A DNA stretch of 64,000 nucleotides from Octopus bimaculoides (lineage: Eukaryota), in the NCBI RefSeq assembly GCF_001194135.2, contig NC_068985.1, forward strand, positions 123,828,227 to 123,892,226, written 5' to 3'. The translations under genes were made by a program, and so were the position numbers. This document shows, piece after piece, positions 25,331 to 39,230 of the stretch (positions are counted from its first letter, which is position 1; every line of letters starts with the position of its first letter). The notes below the pieces were generated by a model, which searched no databases, was not told where the DNA came from, and worked only from the letters and a program-made list of their open reading frames with translations.

Positions 25331-26001
25331 CTTTCCCACTCTCACAAACGCATATATATCTTTTGGTCAAACGTGGAAATATTTTCTCCACGACAAACTA
25401 AAATGAAAAGCCTTTAGAGTTTAAATATCTCTGAAACATATTTGAACCTGTCTTAGATTTGCATTATTTCCGTATCTGCTTTACACAGCAACCCACGAAT
25501 TTATTACAGACTGACGGTTTATGTGTGTGGTCATTGAATAATATTGACTGATTTACAATAAAGAAAGCAAAGCAATCTAATCAGCTCAGAGTTGCTTCTC
25601 TTTGTATAGGATGCTTAAAACAGCTGATGAGTTCGAAATTTATGCATCAGTCCAGGTGAGAACGTTCGGAGCTGACTATCGTTTTTTAAAGACGTTTTTG
25701 TACTATGTGAGAATTATTTTTATCCACGATAACATATTTGAGCTGGATTTAAGCTTGCTTATTACACACACACACACAGACACACACAAATAGACTGACA
25801 GATAGGTAGATATGTGTATGTATACATGTATGTATGTATTGTCGGGCAAGCGGGTTATTTTGCTATCTTTGAAATCATACTTGGCAAAAGAAAATACGGA
25901 AATGCATGCGGGATGAACGTATAAGTTTGTAATAACATTGATCATGACTAAACATATCGAGTTAGAGAAGTGCTGTTGACAATAGTTACAACTGATGTGA
26001 A

Positions 26002-26021
26002 AGGGTTAGGGTTAGGGTTAG
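26002..26021 (+). repeat. Short interstitial (TTAGGG)n
   Basis: agggttagggttagggttag. Confidence 0.8.
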
Positions 26022-26456
26022 TCAAACTTTGTTAAAAGTTTTGCGCAAATTTATTACTTTCCACCTCATAAATTTCTGAAAGATGTTTCATTATTTCTTT
26101 TTATTTCCATTTTATAAATGTTAAAATGTTATTTAGAATACAAACTAAGAGAAAAATACGACTTCAGGTTACTTTTCTTCAAAAAAATAAGTAAAACAAA
26201 ATAGAAAGTGTAAAAAAGCGAAAGTGATGTTTGGCTGCTTTGTGTGGTTGAAAAACTGAAGCGAAATTGAAAAAATGTATCTGTAATACTAATTTAAAAC
26301 TTTTATTAGAGGAGATGAGTTTATATTAATATATTCTATTGATACAAATTCATTTATATTCATATTCATGTTTATCTTCATAAAATGTATATTCCATGTA
26401 GTGTCGAGACGAACGGAACTAAAGAATTGTAATGACATAAATTCGAGTTTTCGATC

Positions 26457-26487
<31 letters not shown>

Positions 26488-26502
26488 AATATATATATAT
26501 AT

Positions 26503-26573
<71 letters not shown>

Positions 26574-26596
26574 TATATACACATATATATATATTC

Positions 26597-26629
<33 letters not shown>

Positions 26630-27506
26630 TGTATCTATCTATATATCTACATATCTATCTTTCTCTATATATGTATATCATGAAGCAGTAAACGTCGTAA
26701 AACTCAAATCCTAATTATATGTCGAATACCAGAAATCAAACCAAATTGGAAATAAAGCAAAAACGACAACGAGAGAAGAAAAATCCTCAACAAAAGCATG
26801 AAGCACCCCCTCATATCCACAATAACACGACGCTACTATGTGTATGTAGCAACTCTGGGGATCAGTTCGTGAGACATTAAGCATAATTGGCTATAGTTTT
26901 CTGTATAAGAAATACCCAAATGGCTTTACATCGACTCAGTGATGTCTAGCTAGAATGATAACTGCAATAAGATAAATAATAAATTAAGAAAAAAAAACAA
27001 TAAAGTAGACAACAGCAGTAATGCCAAGATCAACAAATAACAATAAGATTATTTAATTTCTAAATAATATAATTTTTCGACACCAACAAACACACATGTC
27101 TGAATATTTTATTTTGCGATTTGTTCGCTTTAAGTTCCGCATGCAGCAATGTAGCTAGACGTTATTCACCGAGTCACAATAAGCAGAAACATGCCCAGAG
27201 TTACCTTCCATTAAAAAAAAAACTGAGTTGGGTCTAATATCGTTTTTTTTCTCCCCACCTCTCTCTCTCTCTCTCCCTCTCTATCTCTCACTCACTCTTC
27301 GCATATTTGCAGCATTAAATTACCAAGAGCTGCTGACATTGACTATCTGGTGGCATTCCTACAATTGTAAAAAAAGGTGGAAAAATCAAACAATTTTCCT
27401 GAGAAATGCTGAAATTCTGTTGGACAATAAATTAGTAGGAACGGAAGTGCAGCGGATAAGATGTATCTAATGGTTTTTTATTAAGTTCCTTACATTCTCA
27501 GTTTAA

Positions 27507-27538
27507 AACCCTAACCCTAACCCTAACCCTAACCCTAA
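27507..27538 (-). repeat. Short interstitial (TTAGGG)n, opposite orientation
   Basis: (aaccct)5. Confidence 0.85.
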
Positions 27539-27902
27539 ACCCATATTGGATTTTCCTTTATATAAAGATGGGGTGAACAGAATAACAACCACTATGCTTA
27601 GGCAACGAGCGTCATCGAGTACCAGTTAAGCTCCAAGCAATTGGAAACACATAATGTTTCATTTTCTTCAAAAGGCTTCTACTCCACGGAGGCTACTCAT
27701 AGCAAAAGCATAAGTCTCGCGACGTATTCCATGTGTTTTAAAATAAATTGTAGCTACTGTGTAGAATTCTTTCATTGGGGCAGAAAAAGCTGTTATAATT
27801 GTTTTAGCTTAACACCAGCCCTGATCAAACAGGCTTATAATCAAAGACGCTCTAGTTGCGACCAACCCATCTTTCTGTATATCTAGAATATTACCCAATA
27901 TA

Positions 27903-28620
27903 CGAAGTCTGCTCAATAAGTATTCGGACTGTTGCTATAGTAACGAAATTAAACCACACAGAGTAAAGCTGCTTGGCACACATTGATCTTGAACGCTGCT
28001 GTGTATTTGCACTACGTTTTAACATTCTAGCTCACTTCCGCTGTTTACAGCAGGGCTTGTAAAAAGGTGTGTAGCGTACGATCGTCGCAACCTGCTCATA
28101 GGCCTACACAAAGTTGCAGAAAGTGTATGGAGAGTGGTGTATGAGCCGCATACAAGTGTACGAGTCGTTCAGACGTTTCCAAGATGGCCGAGAAAATGTC
28201 GATATTGACAAACGTTCCGGGAGACCTACAACCAACAGAACTGAGAAATCCATAGCTGATGTGCGTGCATCTGAGAGAGTGTCGGCCAAGTTTGCGCCAA
28301 AACTGCTTTCAGCTGACTAAAAAGACATTCGGGGTTTCAGTTGCGCAAGATCTCCTTGAGTGTGCCGAGAACGATGAAAACTTTTTGAAAACTTTGTGTA
28401 GGGCTTTGAGCAAGTATCGCCAAGCTTTTGGCAAAATTTGATGCAATGCGACAACCACACATTACATACCTTGCTTCCAAGCACTGCTGTAAACAGCGAA
28501 AGTGAGCTTAGTGCGCATGCACAGCAGAGTCCAAGGTCAATATGTGCCATGTGGCTTCACTCTGCCTGCTTTAGGTTCGTTATTAAGGCAACAGTCCGGA
28601 TACTTATTGATCCAATCACG
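27903..28620. mobile_element. Mariner-derived foldback element built from two left ends, TA-flanked
   Basis: tcaataagtattcggactgttgc... / ...gcaacagtccggatacttattga; ~230-bp inverted arms; transposase N-terminus on + (KVYGEWCMSRIQVYE.FRRFQDGRENV....RSGRPTT) and on - (CIKFCQKLGDT). Confidence 0.85.
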
Positions 28621-28964
28621 TATTCTTCATTTAGGACGATGAGGTGTGATTTCGGCAACAATAATTTCCTTCTAATAATAGCGCATTTTGTGAATAAAAG
28701 CGGCATTAATCACAGGTTTTCAGCTGATCAATCATTGCTTCATTGCATATACGACGGCAAAAGTGCCGTGAGAGTATGTGTGCAATTTGAGAAGAACACA
28801 TTTTACTGGATATATTTATTCAAAAGTACCAGTTTATTGGGTTTTTTCATCGATATTTATATGTTTTTACCCTGCAAAATATACGTATACATATATACAC
28901 ATACAGGGATACACATTATATACGCACACACACAGACCCTCGTGCCTGTGTGCATGTGAGTGAG

Positions 28965-29125
28965 GCTAGCTTCCACACAGTTCCATCTCTTAAATTCCTC
29001 TCACAAGCTATTGGTCCACACGAAACTATAGTAGTAAGACACTTGTGCAAGGTGCCGCGCAGCGATATCGAACTCAAGAGCACATAGTACAAAGCAAACT
29101 TCTTAACTGCGTGGCCAAGCCTGCA
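28965..29125 (-). mobile_element. Old SINE family A-related head
   Basis: Minus: gcagttaagaagtttgc...gagttcgatatcgctgcgcggcaccttgcacaagtgtcttactactatag...gcttgtgag. Confidence 0.6.
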
Positions 29126-29897
29126 ATTTGTAACTGGTCCTTCTGATCGGTTAGGTAACTAAAGTTCAACACCTTGTCGTGATCAAGTGCATCCAAACAA
29201 TGATGGTTTGTCTGGTTGCATGATACCTCATCATTTCGGACACACTTTGTATCTTCATATACAAAGCTTCTAAAGCAAAAAAAGAAAAAGTCAGGATATG
29301 AAAAACATCAATTTCTTCTTGGACGAGAACGTTGATTTTAGCGAATCTTTTATTTTTATGTATTTTCCTTCTTACTTACACACACACTCAGATACACACA
29401 CGTATCTATGTATCTATGCATGTATATANNNNNNNNNNNNNNNNNNNNNNNNNNNNNNNNNNNNNNNNNNNNNNNNNNNNNNNNNNNNNNNNNNNNNNNN
29501 NNNNNNNNNNNNNNNNNNNNNNNNNNNNNNNNNNNNNNNNNNNNNNNNNNNNNNNNNNNNNNNNNNNNNNNNNNNNNNNNNNNNNNNNNNNNNNNNNNNN
29601 NNNNNNNNNNNNNNNNNNNNNNNNNNNNNNNNNNNNNNNNNNNNNNNNNNNNNNNNNNNNNNNNNNNNNNNNNNNNNNNNNNNNNNNNNNNNNNNNNNNN
29701 NNNNNNNNNNNNNNNNNNNNNNNNNNNNNNNNNNNNNNNNNNNNNNNNNNNNNNNNNNNNNNNNNNNNNNNNNNNNNNNNNNNNNNNNNNNNNNNNNNNN
29801 NNNNNNNNNNNNNNNNNNNNNNNNNNNNNNNNNNNNNNNNNNNNNNNNNNNNNNNNNNNNNNNNNNNNNNNNNNNNNNNNNNNNNNNNNNNNNNNNN

Positions 29898-29965
<68 letters not shown>

Positions 29966-31159
29966 GTGATGCATATACTTATGTGTGTATTTGTATCACT
30001 GTGTATACTCACCCACGCACACAAAACTGTATGTATATCTACGACTGTGAAGAATGCATAAATATCTATATCTATTTACTTTAGCTCATACTTTCTAAGA
30101 ACAAGTATAAAACATCTTTCTAAACTTTTTATGCAAGAACTCTGAACAACTAATGTCACTTGAGAAAATGAACACTTCTTTTACGTTGAGACTTTTGACG
30201 GCTAGTCTGCTGCTTTTATAATTGTCTGATTGCAAAAACCAAATCTCAGCCGACTACCTAGGTTTGATGCACACACACACAGATGCAAAACCACTCAGAT
30301 TTATGTAGTCTTGCTAGGAGAAGATGTGTCAATCGTTCGTGACTAGCACTGAACAGTATCTAAGATATTAAATGCTTGGCAGCTCAGTTCACTTGGCTCT
30401 CATAATATACGACAGTGCAGATATGACCGACTACTTTATAACAAAGAAGCACTGACGTGAGTTTCTTCAGATTGGTACTCAGGTAGGGCTTAAAGAAAAG
30501 GTTATGAAACTGGCAAATACCAGGTTTCACCTCGCACAAGTATTCGTAAACATTTTTCTGTCCCCTTCACTGGTGTATCAAAGAGAAGACAGAATAGAAT
30601 TTACATCCCATATAATTCTTCTTTCTTCGATTTGGTCACTGTACCACTCTATGGGAAATACTGGCTTAACCGCCGGAAGCAAATCTTCGCTTCTCTGTAC
30701 AACATACATAATATACATATTTTTGATCCGAGCTCTTAAAAACACAGGGCAAAGAATACAGATCAACAGTTCCAAGTTTACAAGTTTTATTCATACTAGC
30801 TGCTACTGTGTCTCTCATGCCTCACCTGATGAGCTGATTCTGAACATCTCCTTCCCCCAAATCCTACTTGTGCTACGTGTGCTTAATAATCCATACATGG
30901 AACATTACATATTATACGTGCACTGAAAAAGACTATCGAAGAAGAGGACTATATCTGAAGGGGCATAGACTTAGCGAAAACAAATGACTCAACATTTCGT
31001 TCAAGGCGTACTCTTAGTAACCAAACTATACAATGGTTCCTTTCTTCTTCCATTTTTCTGTATTCATTGCAAATATACGCATATAAATACGCTAATGTAT
31101 CATACAATAACAAGTCGCACACATACAGACACACACGTACATATATGTATATGTAAACA

Positions 31160-31201
<42 letters not shown>

Positions 31202-33325
31202 NNNNNNNNNNNNNNNNNNNNNNNNNNNNNNNNNNNNNNNNNNNNNNNNNNNNNNNNNNNNNNNNNNNNNNNNNNNNNNNNNNNNNNNNNNNNNNNNNNN
31301 NNNNNNNNNNNNNNNNNNNNNNNNNNNNNNNNNNNNNNNNNNNNNNNNNNNNNNNNNNNNNNNNNNNNNNNNNNNNNNNNNNNNNNNNNNNNNNNNNNNN
31401 NNNNNNNNNNNNNNNNNNNNNNNNNNNNNNNNNNNNNNNNNNNNNNNNNNNNNNNNNNNNNNNNNNNNNNNNNNNNNNNNNNNNNNNNNNNNNNNNNNNN
31501 NNNNNNNNNNNNNNNNNNNNNNNNNNNNNNNNNNNNNNNNNNNNNNNNNNNNNNNNNNNNNNNNNNNNNNNNNNNNNNNNNNNNNNNNNNNNNNNNNNNN
31601 NNNNNNNNNNNNNNNNNNNNNNNNNNNNNNNNNNNNNNNNNNNNNNNNNNNNNNNNNNNNNNNNNNNNNNNNNNNNNNNNNNNNNNNNNNNNNNNNNNNN
31701 NNNNNNNNNNNNNNNNNNNNNNNNNNNNNNNNNNNNNNNNNNNNNNNNNNNNNNNNNNNNNNNNNNNNNNNNNNNNNNNNNNNNNNNNNNNNNNNNNNNN
31801 NNNNNNNNNNNNNNNNNNNNNNNNNNNNNNNNNNNNNNNNNNNNNNNNNNNNNNNNNNNNNNNNNNNNNNNNNNNNNNNNNNNNNNNNNNNNNNNNNNNN
31901 NNNNNNNNNNNNNNNNNNNNNNNNNNNNNNNNNNNNNNNNNNNNNNNNNNNNNNNNNNNNNNNNNNNNNNNNNNNNNNNNNNNNNNNNNNNNNNNNNNNN
32001 NNNNNNNNNNNNNNNNNNNNNNNNNNNNNNNNNNNNNNNNNNNNNNNNNNNNNNNNNNNNNNNNNNNNNNNNNNNNNNNNNNNNNNNNNNNNNNNNNNNN
32101 NNNNNNNNNNNNNNNNNNNNNNNNNNNNNNNNNNNNNNNNNNNNNNNNNNNNNNNNNNNNNNNNNNNNNNNATTTATATATACAAACATACACGAGCATA
32201 TATATTAGTATTATCAGAGAGAGAGGGGGGGGGTAAGAACGGTGTATGTGCAGGTGAGCATATGTTTGTAGAAATTATAAGAGTAATTGTACGCAAATTT
32301 TGTATATGTCTATCAAGTGCAAGATTGATGGAGATGTTTAGAAAATACGATTATTACTAACATGCATATGTACATTCATTTATACATACATACGCACACA
32401 TATAAGCAGAAATAAGTACACACACACACACACACGTATGGTATACACACATGCACAATACGTACATAAGCACATTCATGCATGTACACATGCACGCACA
32501 TGCGAGCTCCTATGCATTGACTGAATGATATTAGATGAAGGGATAACAAGATAGGTCTATAACTTTAATTCATGCTATATGTACAGAAAAAGAAGGAAAA
32601 ATTAGAGACAAAAGAAATTAAAAAACGAAGGCAGAGAGAGAAAAAGGATGAAAGTGGTTGTGTCACGAGTTGGTTATAACCTTTTCCTATGGTAGCATCC
32701 TTTTATTTCTCTTAAGCACATCGATATGCATCTAGATCTTGCTCCGTCTCAACAGCACTATTTCTGGGATAATGCACTAATGCATATGTATATTCATCAG
32801 TGTGTATGTGTGTGTTTGTGTGTGTGAGGGGAGAGAAAGAGAGAGAGACACACAGAGTATGTGTGTGCGCAATAGTCGGGAATGAATGTGTGTAATATAC
32901 ATACACACTCAAATATATATATATATATATANNNNNNNNNNNNNNNNNNNNNNNNNNNNNNNNNNNNNNNNNNNNNNNNNNNNNNNNNNNNNNNNNNNNN
33001 NNNNNNNNNNNNNNNNNNNNNNNNNNNNNNNNNNNNNNNNNNNNNNNNNNNNNNNNNNNNNNNNNNNNNNNNNNNNNNNNNNNNNNNNNNNNNNNNNNNN
33101 NNNNNNNNNNNNNNNNNNNNNNNNNNNNNNNNNNNNNNNNNNNNNNNNNNNNNNNNNNNNNATATATATATATTTAATTATATATATTTATTTTATCCTA
33201 ATTAATAATAATTCGGATAGAATAAATGGGTTAATAGAAACCAGGGTAGCAAAGATCACAAAATAACTGTAGTGTAATTCCTGTTTTTGAGGCAGAAATT
33301 CCTTGATATTTTGGGTATTTGAGTA

Positions 33326-33563
33326 TATATAAATTTAAGGAATGGAGTGAATGCATGTTATAACTGCATACTTTATTCCGACATATGTTTCAAAGAATTA
33401 CAAATTATACGATCCATAGGAATCGTCGATATTAAAAATGTAAACTTCTCCTCAGGGAAATGTATAGGAACCATCTTAAACTTAAGACATTATGACCGAG
33501 TATGTCGAAACATATGTCGGAATAAAGTATGCAGTTATAACATGCGTTCACTTCATTCCTTAA

Positions 33564-33572
<9 letters not shown>
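33326..33572. mobile_element. Inverted-repeat element with ~66-bp near-perfect arms, flanked by (TA)n
   Basis: tataaatttaaggaatggagtgaatgcatgttataactgcatactttattccgacatatgtttc versus its reverse complement at 33507-33572 (2 mismatches). Confidence 0.85.
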
Positions 33573-33602
<30 letters not shown>

Positions 33603-36582
33603 AGTGTATATGCTTGTATACTTACATATAAACAAATATATGTATATATGTACTTATATATGTACATATGTGTGTTCATGCATTTATATATATGTATATA
33701 CATATTGTGTATATATTTATCTCTCTCTCTCCACACACACACACACATCACTAAATATGCAGTCACATACATATACTTATTTAAACGTGTCTATGAGAGT
33801 GAATACGTGATTGTATATGTATTTGTGTGTGCGCACACATGTTTAAGTCTGTGGATTCAAAAGTGAATTTGGATATTTTGTCGTGAATTAAGAGCATTCT
33901 GCACATCCGCACATGTGTTGTCTCGAAGCGAAGTATATAAGAATCTACCAATTAATTTGTGAGTATATGATCAGATATGTAAGGGACTGTACGCTTGTAT
34001 ATATATATATTTTTTTATTTGTATGGTATGTATGACGGTGTCTGAATATAGGTATTTTTCATATTCATACATACATACATACATACATACATACATACAT
34101 ACATACATACATACAAATATATATATGTGTGTGTATGTGTGTGTGTGTGTGTGTGTGTGCGTGTATATACATATTTGTATATATATATATATATATATAT
34201 GTATATGTGTGTGTGTATGCAAGTATGTATGTATATATGCATGGCATGTATGTACATGTATGAATATACGTATGTATACATGTATGCATGGAATGGGCGT
34301 ATGGGTGTACACGAGAGAGTGTTCCAAAAGTTTTCAACCTAATCATACAAAAACAAATAAAATATATATAAAATAAACGCTTACTTTCCTTGCTGTTATT
34401 ATGGTGGTCTAAAATTTTAGGGACAAATCTCGTCTACACACACACACATAAATATATATATACACATGTAAGTATTACATATATGTAAATACATATATAT
34501 TTCTATATTCATTTATGCATATGTATGCATGTATAAATGAAAGTATACATATAAATACATACAAGTATATATACTTTTATATTCATTTATATAGGTATGC
34601 ATCTATGCATATAAATGTGTATAAACACAGGGATACACATGCATATTAGCATACATCGTATGTGTGCATCGAAATATCTTTGTTTGTCTTGCCATTACAT
34701 TGCATGTCGATTGCAGCTTAGTTTAAGTATGAAAAGGTACTCGTATTTTGTATTGCATATCTAGTAGTTAATTACTGTTTGAATGGAGAGGTTCTTAGGA
34801 CAAATTTCTTATCTTCTACTTATGTTTCTGTATATATGTCTGCATGTGTGCATGTACATATGTACATACGTAAGACCATACATAAACACATTCATAAACA
34901 CATAAACACACACACATATATATATTCATATATATGTGTATATATGTGTATGTATTTATATATATATATAGATATACATCTACTTATATATTACATGTAT
35001 ATACAAACATGTGTGCATGCATACATACATACATGCTTGCATAACTACATACGCATGCAAAATGTGCACAGGTATGTTTGTATATATGTATGTTTTTCTG
35101 AGTGGAGTTTCAAGCTCAGTGAGAAAGATATATTTTGATCAGGCACGTGATCGGCGGGAAGGTTGTAAAGAAAAGATACCAAAGGCTAATTCAGCTTTTT
35201 TTATTTTCATTTTCCTTTGTAGAATCAGTCACCTTTTAAACTTTAAGAAGCTTTTCGAGATTTTCTTCTTGTAACTCTCATCATCAACATTGCTCAAAGT
35301 GAATTATGAAGCCAAGCTCTTTCTTTCTTCGAGGATCCCAGTTCCAGCTGGGTTGCTAAATACCTTGTCGTTCCAATATTAAAAGTGTTATGCCACAAGC
35401 TACTGCTAACTAGCACCTTCGGATGATCTCTACTCAACCGTTACACGACGGCTACTCAACAGTCACTCAACTCATCTACCACGGCTAGACTACCTCTATT
35501 TATATATCTTGGGCGATCCTACTTCTTCGCTTGGGGGCGTCGATACAACAAAAGGGTATGAAGCTGAATTTTCAAACTCTTAATAATTGTTTCAAAGAGG
35601 TACTATTTCTGTTGTATTTATGCTGCCTTCAAATGGGCAACTGAATATGTTCTTACATTGTGTCTCCAACAACCATAAAAGATTGTTTGTGCTAAAGTTT
35701 GTTATTCCTTTGATACACTGGTATCTAGACGTTAGTCCATTTCAGTTTTTAGCTTTTATATTCTTAATGTATTTCCAATTGCTCTGGTTGCCACTTCAGA
35801 TCTTATAGGAAGTGGGTGTCTAAAGAACATTCATTTACAGATGAGGATGGTGTGTCTAATGTCTTTAGATTTGGAATTAGTGTAGCCTATATTTCTTGTT
35901 AGCAGATGCTTTCTGGCATTTCTATAGTAAGAATTCGATTGGAAGATAATTTTCAATGTGTGATATTACAAATTTGTTGTTTTATGCCAGTATAAGATTT
36001 TATTGCTTCTATGGCCTTAGTTTCAAGAACTCATATACGATTATGCACGTGGTTCGGCATTCGTATGAATGTATGTATGTATCTATATATGTCATTATTC
36101 AGTTTATTTCATAATTTCTTGCCAATAGAGAAAGAACCGGTTTCTAACCAAGATCCAAGGTTCCTTCATTAGAATTTCAATATCAACAACAGAGTATTTT
36201 TGTATGTATGTATGTGCAGATTTGTATGTTTTATGTATGTATTCTCATGCATGGTGTTACATATCTAGACATGCTCATATATATTTAAATGATAAACTTC
36301 AGGAAAGTTTTGCAAATTTTTACAGTTGCAGTGATGGACTGGATCTGTAGCCTTCGAAGAGAAAGGGAAGCTGGCCGTGGATCACGTGATAGCAGCAGAT
36401 AGAGGAGAAAAACCGCAAGAGAGAGGGAGGGAGGGTGTCAGAGAGAAAAAAAAGAGGAAGAGATGAAGGGAGAAAAGAAATTGGATAGAGGCGAGGAATA
36501 GAAAGGGAGAAAGTGGAAAGGCTAGAACAGAAGTGAGAGAGTGGGAGACAGAAAAGAGGAAAGAATGAAGGCAAGAGTGAGT

Positions 36583-36589
<7 letters not shown>

Positions 36590-36674
<85 letters not shown>

Positions 36675-37067
36675 TATAGGTACATAGAAAAACTTGTCAA
36701 TACAAATTCGGTGTGTTGCGTTCCATTACTTAATAAATGAAAAAAATGTATGGCAAATAAACAGACGACATAACGCATATTGAATGTAAACCCGGACGGG
36801 AGACCAAGACAGTAGGTCCGTAATTCTTTGCTCTCGGCCCTGAATCCCCCACCAATTATGAAGCTGTCAGTCTTATTATTAAAGGTGCGAAACTGTGTAA
36901 TAGCAATTGGTTGATAACTGAGTAAAAATTAAGGACCTTCTGTGTTCGTCTCCCGTCCGGTTTTGCACTCATTATACATTATGTTGTGTGCTTATTTACC
37001 ATACATTTTTTCATTTATTAGGCATTGGAACGCAACACACAGCGAATTTGTTTTCTATATACCGGTG

Positions 37068-37117
<50 letters not shown>
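36590..37117. mobile_element. Foldback element whose arms include (GA)n/(TC)n
   Basis: caaattcggtgtgttgcgttcca...ccggacgggagac...aggtcc pairs with ggacct...gtctcccgtccgg...tggaacgcaacacacagcgaatttg; right side runs into a gap. Confidence 0.8.
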
Positions 37118-37903
37118 NNNNNNNNNNNNNNNNNNNNNNNNNNNNNNNNNNNNNNNNNNNNNNNNNNNNNNNNNNNNNNNNNNNNNNNNNNNNNNNNNNN
37201 NNNNNNNNNNNNNNNNNNNNNNNNNNNNNNNNNNNNNNNNNNNNNNNNNNNNNNNNNNNNNNNNNNNNNNNNNNNNNNNNNNNNNNNNNNNNNNNNNNNN
37301 NNNNNNNNNNNNNNNNNNNNNNNNNNNNNNNNNNNNNNNNNNNNNNNNNNNNNNNNNNNNNNNNNNNNNNNNNNNNNNNNNNNNNNNNNNNNNNNNNNNN
37401 NNNNNNNNNNNNNNNNNNNNNNNNNNNNNNNNNNNNNNNNNNNNNNNNNNNNNNNNNNNNNNNNNNNNNNNNNNNNNNNNNNNNNNNNNNNNNNNNNNNN
37501 NNNNNNNNNNNNNNNNNNNNNNNNNNNNNNNNNNNNNNNNNNNNNNNNNNNNNNNNNNNNNNNNNNNNNNNNNNNNNNNNNNNNNNNNNNNNNNNNNNNN
37601 NNNNNNNNNNNNNNNNNNNNNNNNNNNNNNNNNNNNNNNNNNNNNNNNNNNNNNNNNNNNNNNNNNNNNNNNNNNNNNNNNNNNNNNNNNNNNNNNNNNN
37701 NNNNNNNNNNNNNNNNNNNNNNNNNNNNNNNNNNNNNNNNNNNNNNNNNNNNNNNNNNNNNNNNNNNNNNNNNNNNNNNNNNNNNNNNNNNNNNNNNNNN
37801 NNNNNNNNNNNNNNNNNNNNNNNNNNNNNNNNNNNNNNNNNNNNNNNNNNNNNNNNNNNNNNNNNNNNNNNNNNNNNNNNNNNNNNNNNNNNNNNNNNNN
37901 NNN

Positions 37904-37946
<43 letters not shown>

Positions 37947-38015
37947 TATATAAATATATATATATATACATATGAGTTGAAGAATTGTATTTTGGAATGT
38001 ATCTATTTTATTTAG

Positions 38016-38104
38016 CTGCAGATCAGATCTGATGGAGCTGACGTATGAACGAATGCATTCCAGCCGTGTCCCTCCCATCAGCTTCTGAGGCATACTGAAC
38101 GCAG
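38016..38104 (+). other. Candidate non-coding/UTR exon
   Basis: Unique GC-richer 89 bp between ttttatttag| and cag|gtaagc; stops in all three frames. Confidence 0.3.
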
Positions 38105-38248
38105 GTAAGCATCAACTAGCACACCTTTGTTCTCTGTGACAGTACACTTTGATTGAAAGGGTACTTGTTTGATATTTTTAAAAGAACGACCCCTTAACTA
38201 GATCCTCTCACGCGGTATTTTCGATGTGTATATACATACATACATCAT

Positions 38249-38291
<43 letters not shown>

Positions 38292-39177
38292 TATTCCAAT
38301 ACAAATGTATACGTTTAATTCATACTTGCTCACGTCATGTACAGAAAAAACAAGCATACCTGTACGCATACAGTATTTATGTGTGCGTGTTTGTGGAGAG
38401 AGAGGGAGGGAGAGGGAGAGAGATAGAGAGAGAGAGAGAGTGAATGAAAAAGAGAGAAAGAGAGAGACAGAAAGTCATCCAATATAAGTACTTACACATG
38501 TGTACATGCATTCATTTATACCTCAACTTGGCAGAGCATTTCTACCGGAAATCACAATGCGGCTGTTTGTGATGCTACATCTGAACACGCCCCCTCTTCC
38601 CCACACTATAGTGTGATAGAGAACCGAGTAACTGAGTGTAATGTGTCATCATAGTACAACTATCAAACGATAGCGTACAACTATCAAACGAAACCTTGTA
38701 GACACAAACATTAAATTTTATTTGCTCTGTTCATTTAACAGTTACCGTCCCTGATTTCTTCTTTAACTCTTGGATGTGACATATATATATGTTCGACACT
38801 TAACAATTCTTGTGTGCTAATCCTTCAGGCTTCAACTTCTCTTTATCCATTTCTAGGCTCGTTACGGATAGGTATAACAACAAATACCATTAATCGATTG
38901 ATTTCTTTTCTCAATCGATCACTATTCTTCCATTTTAGAAATAAAGAGGTATTTAAGGATTGTGAGACATATGGTGAAGCAAAATATTGATTGCAGTTGG
39001 TAATTTTGTTATTGTTATTGTTGTTCTGCACAGTATAACTGTGTACTCATAAAAAAAAAAATTGGCGAATCAAGAAATTAATTTCCGAACCGAATAAGCG
39101 TACGGGCACGAAGAGCTATTGTTTGTAGGAATAAACATGCACATAAATGCACATATATTTTGTGTACACATACACAT

Positions 39178-39230
<53 letters not shown>

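Noticed and set aside
25624-25660. CTGATGA-gttc-GAAA hammerhead-like word
   Set aside because: No room for stem II and no stem I complement
30826-30850. CTGATGA after a possible GIY-YIG-like stretch (30500-30800)
   Set aside because: GAAA absent and protein similarity too weak to call
35560-36000. Possible APE endonuclease remnant on minus (VVGD)
   Set aside because: Single short motif; insufficient evidence
38654-38691. 17-bp tandem duplication gtacaactatcaaacga x2
   Set aside because: Ordinary slippage-type duplication; two units only, not a CRISPR-like array
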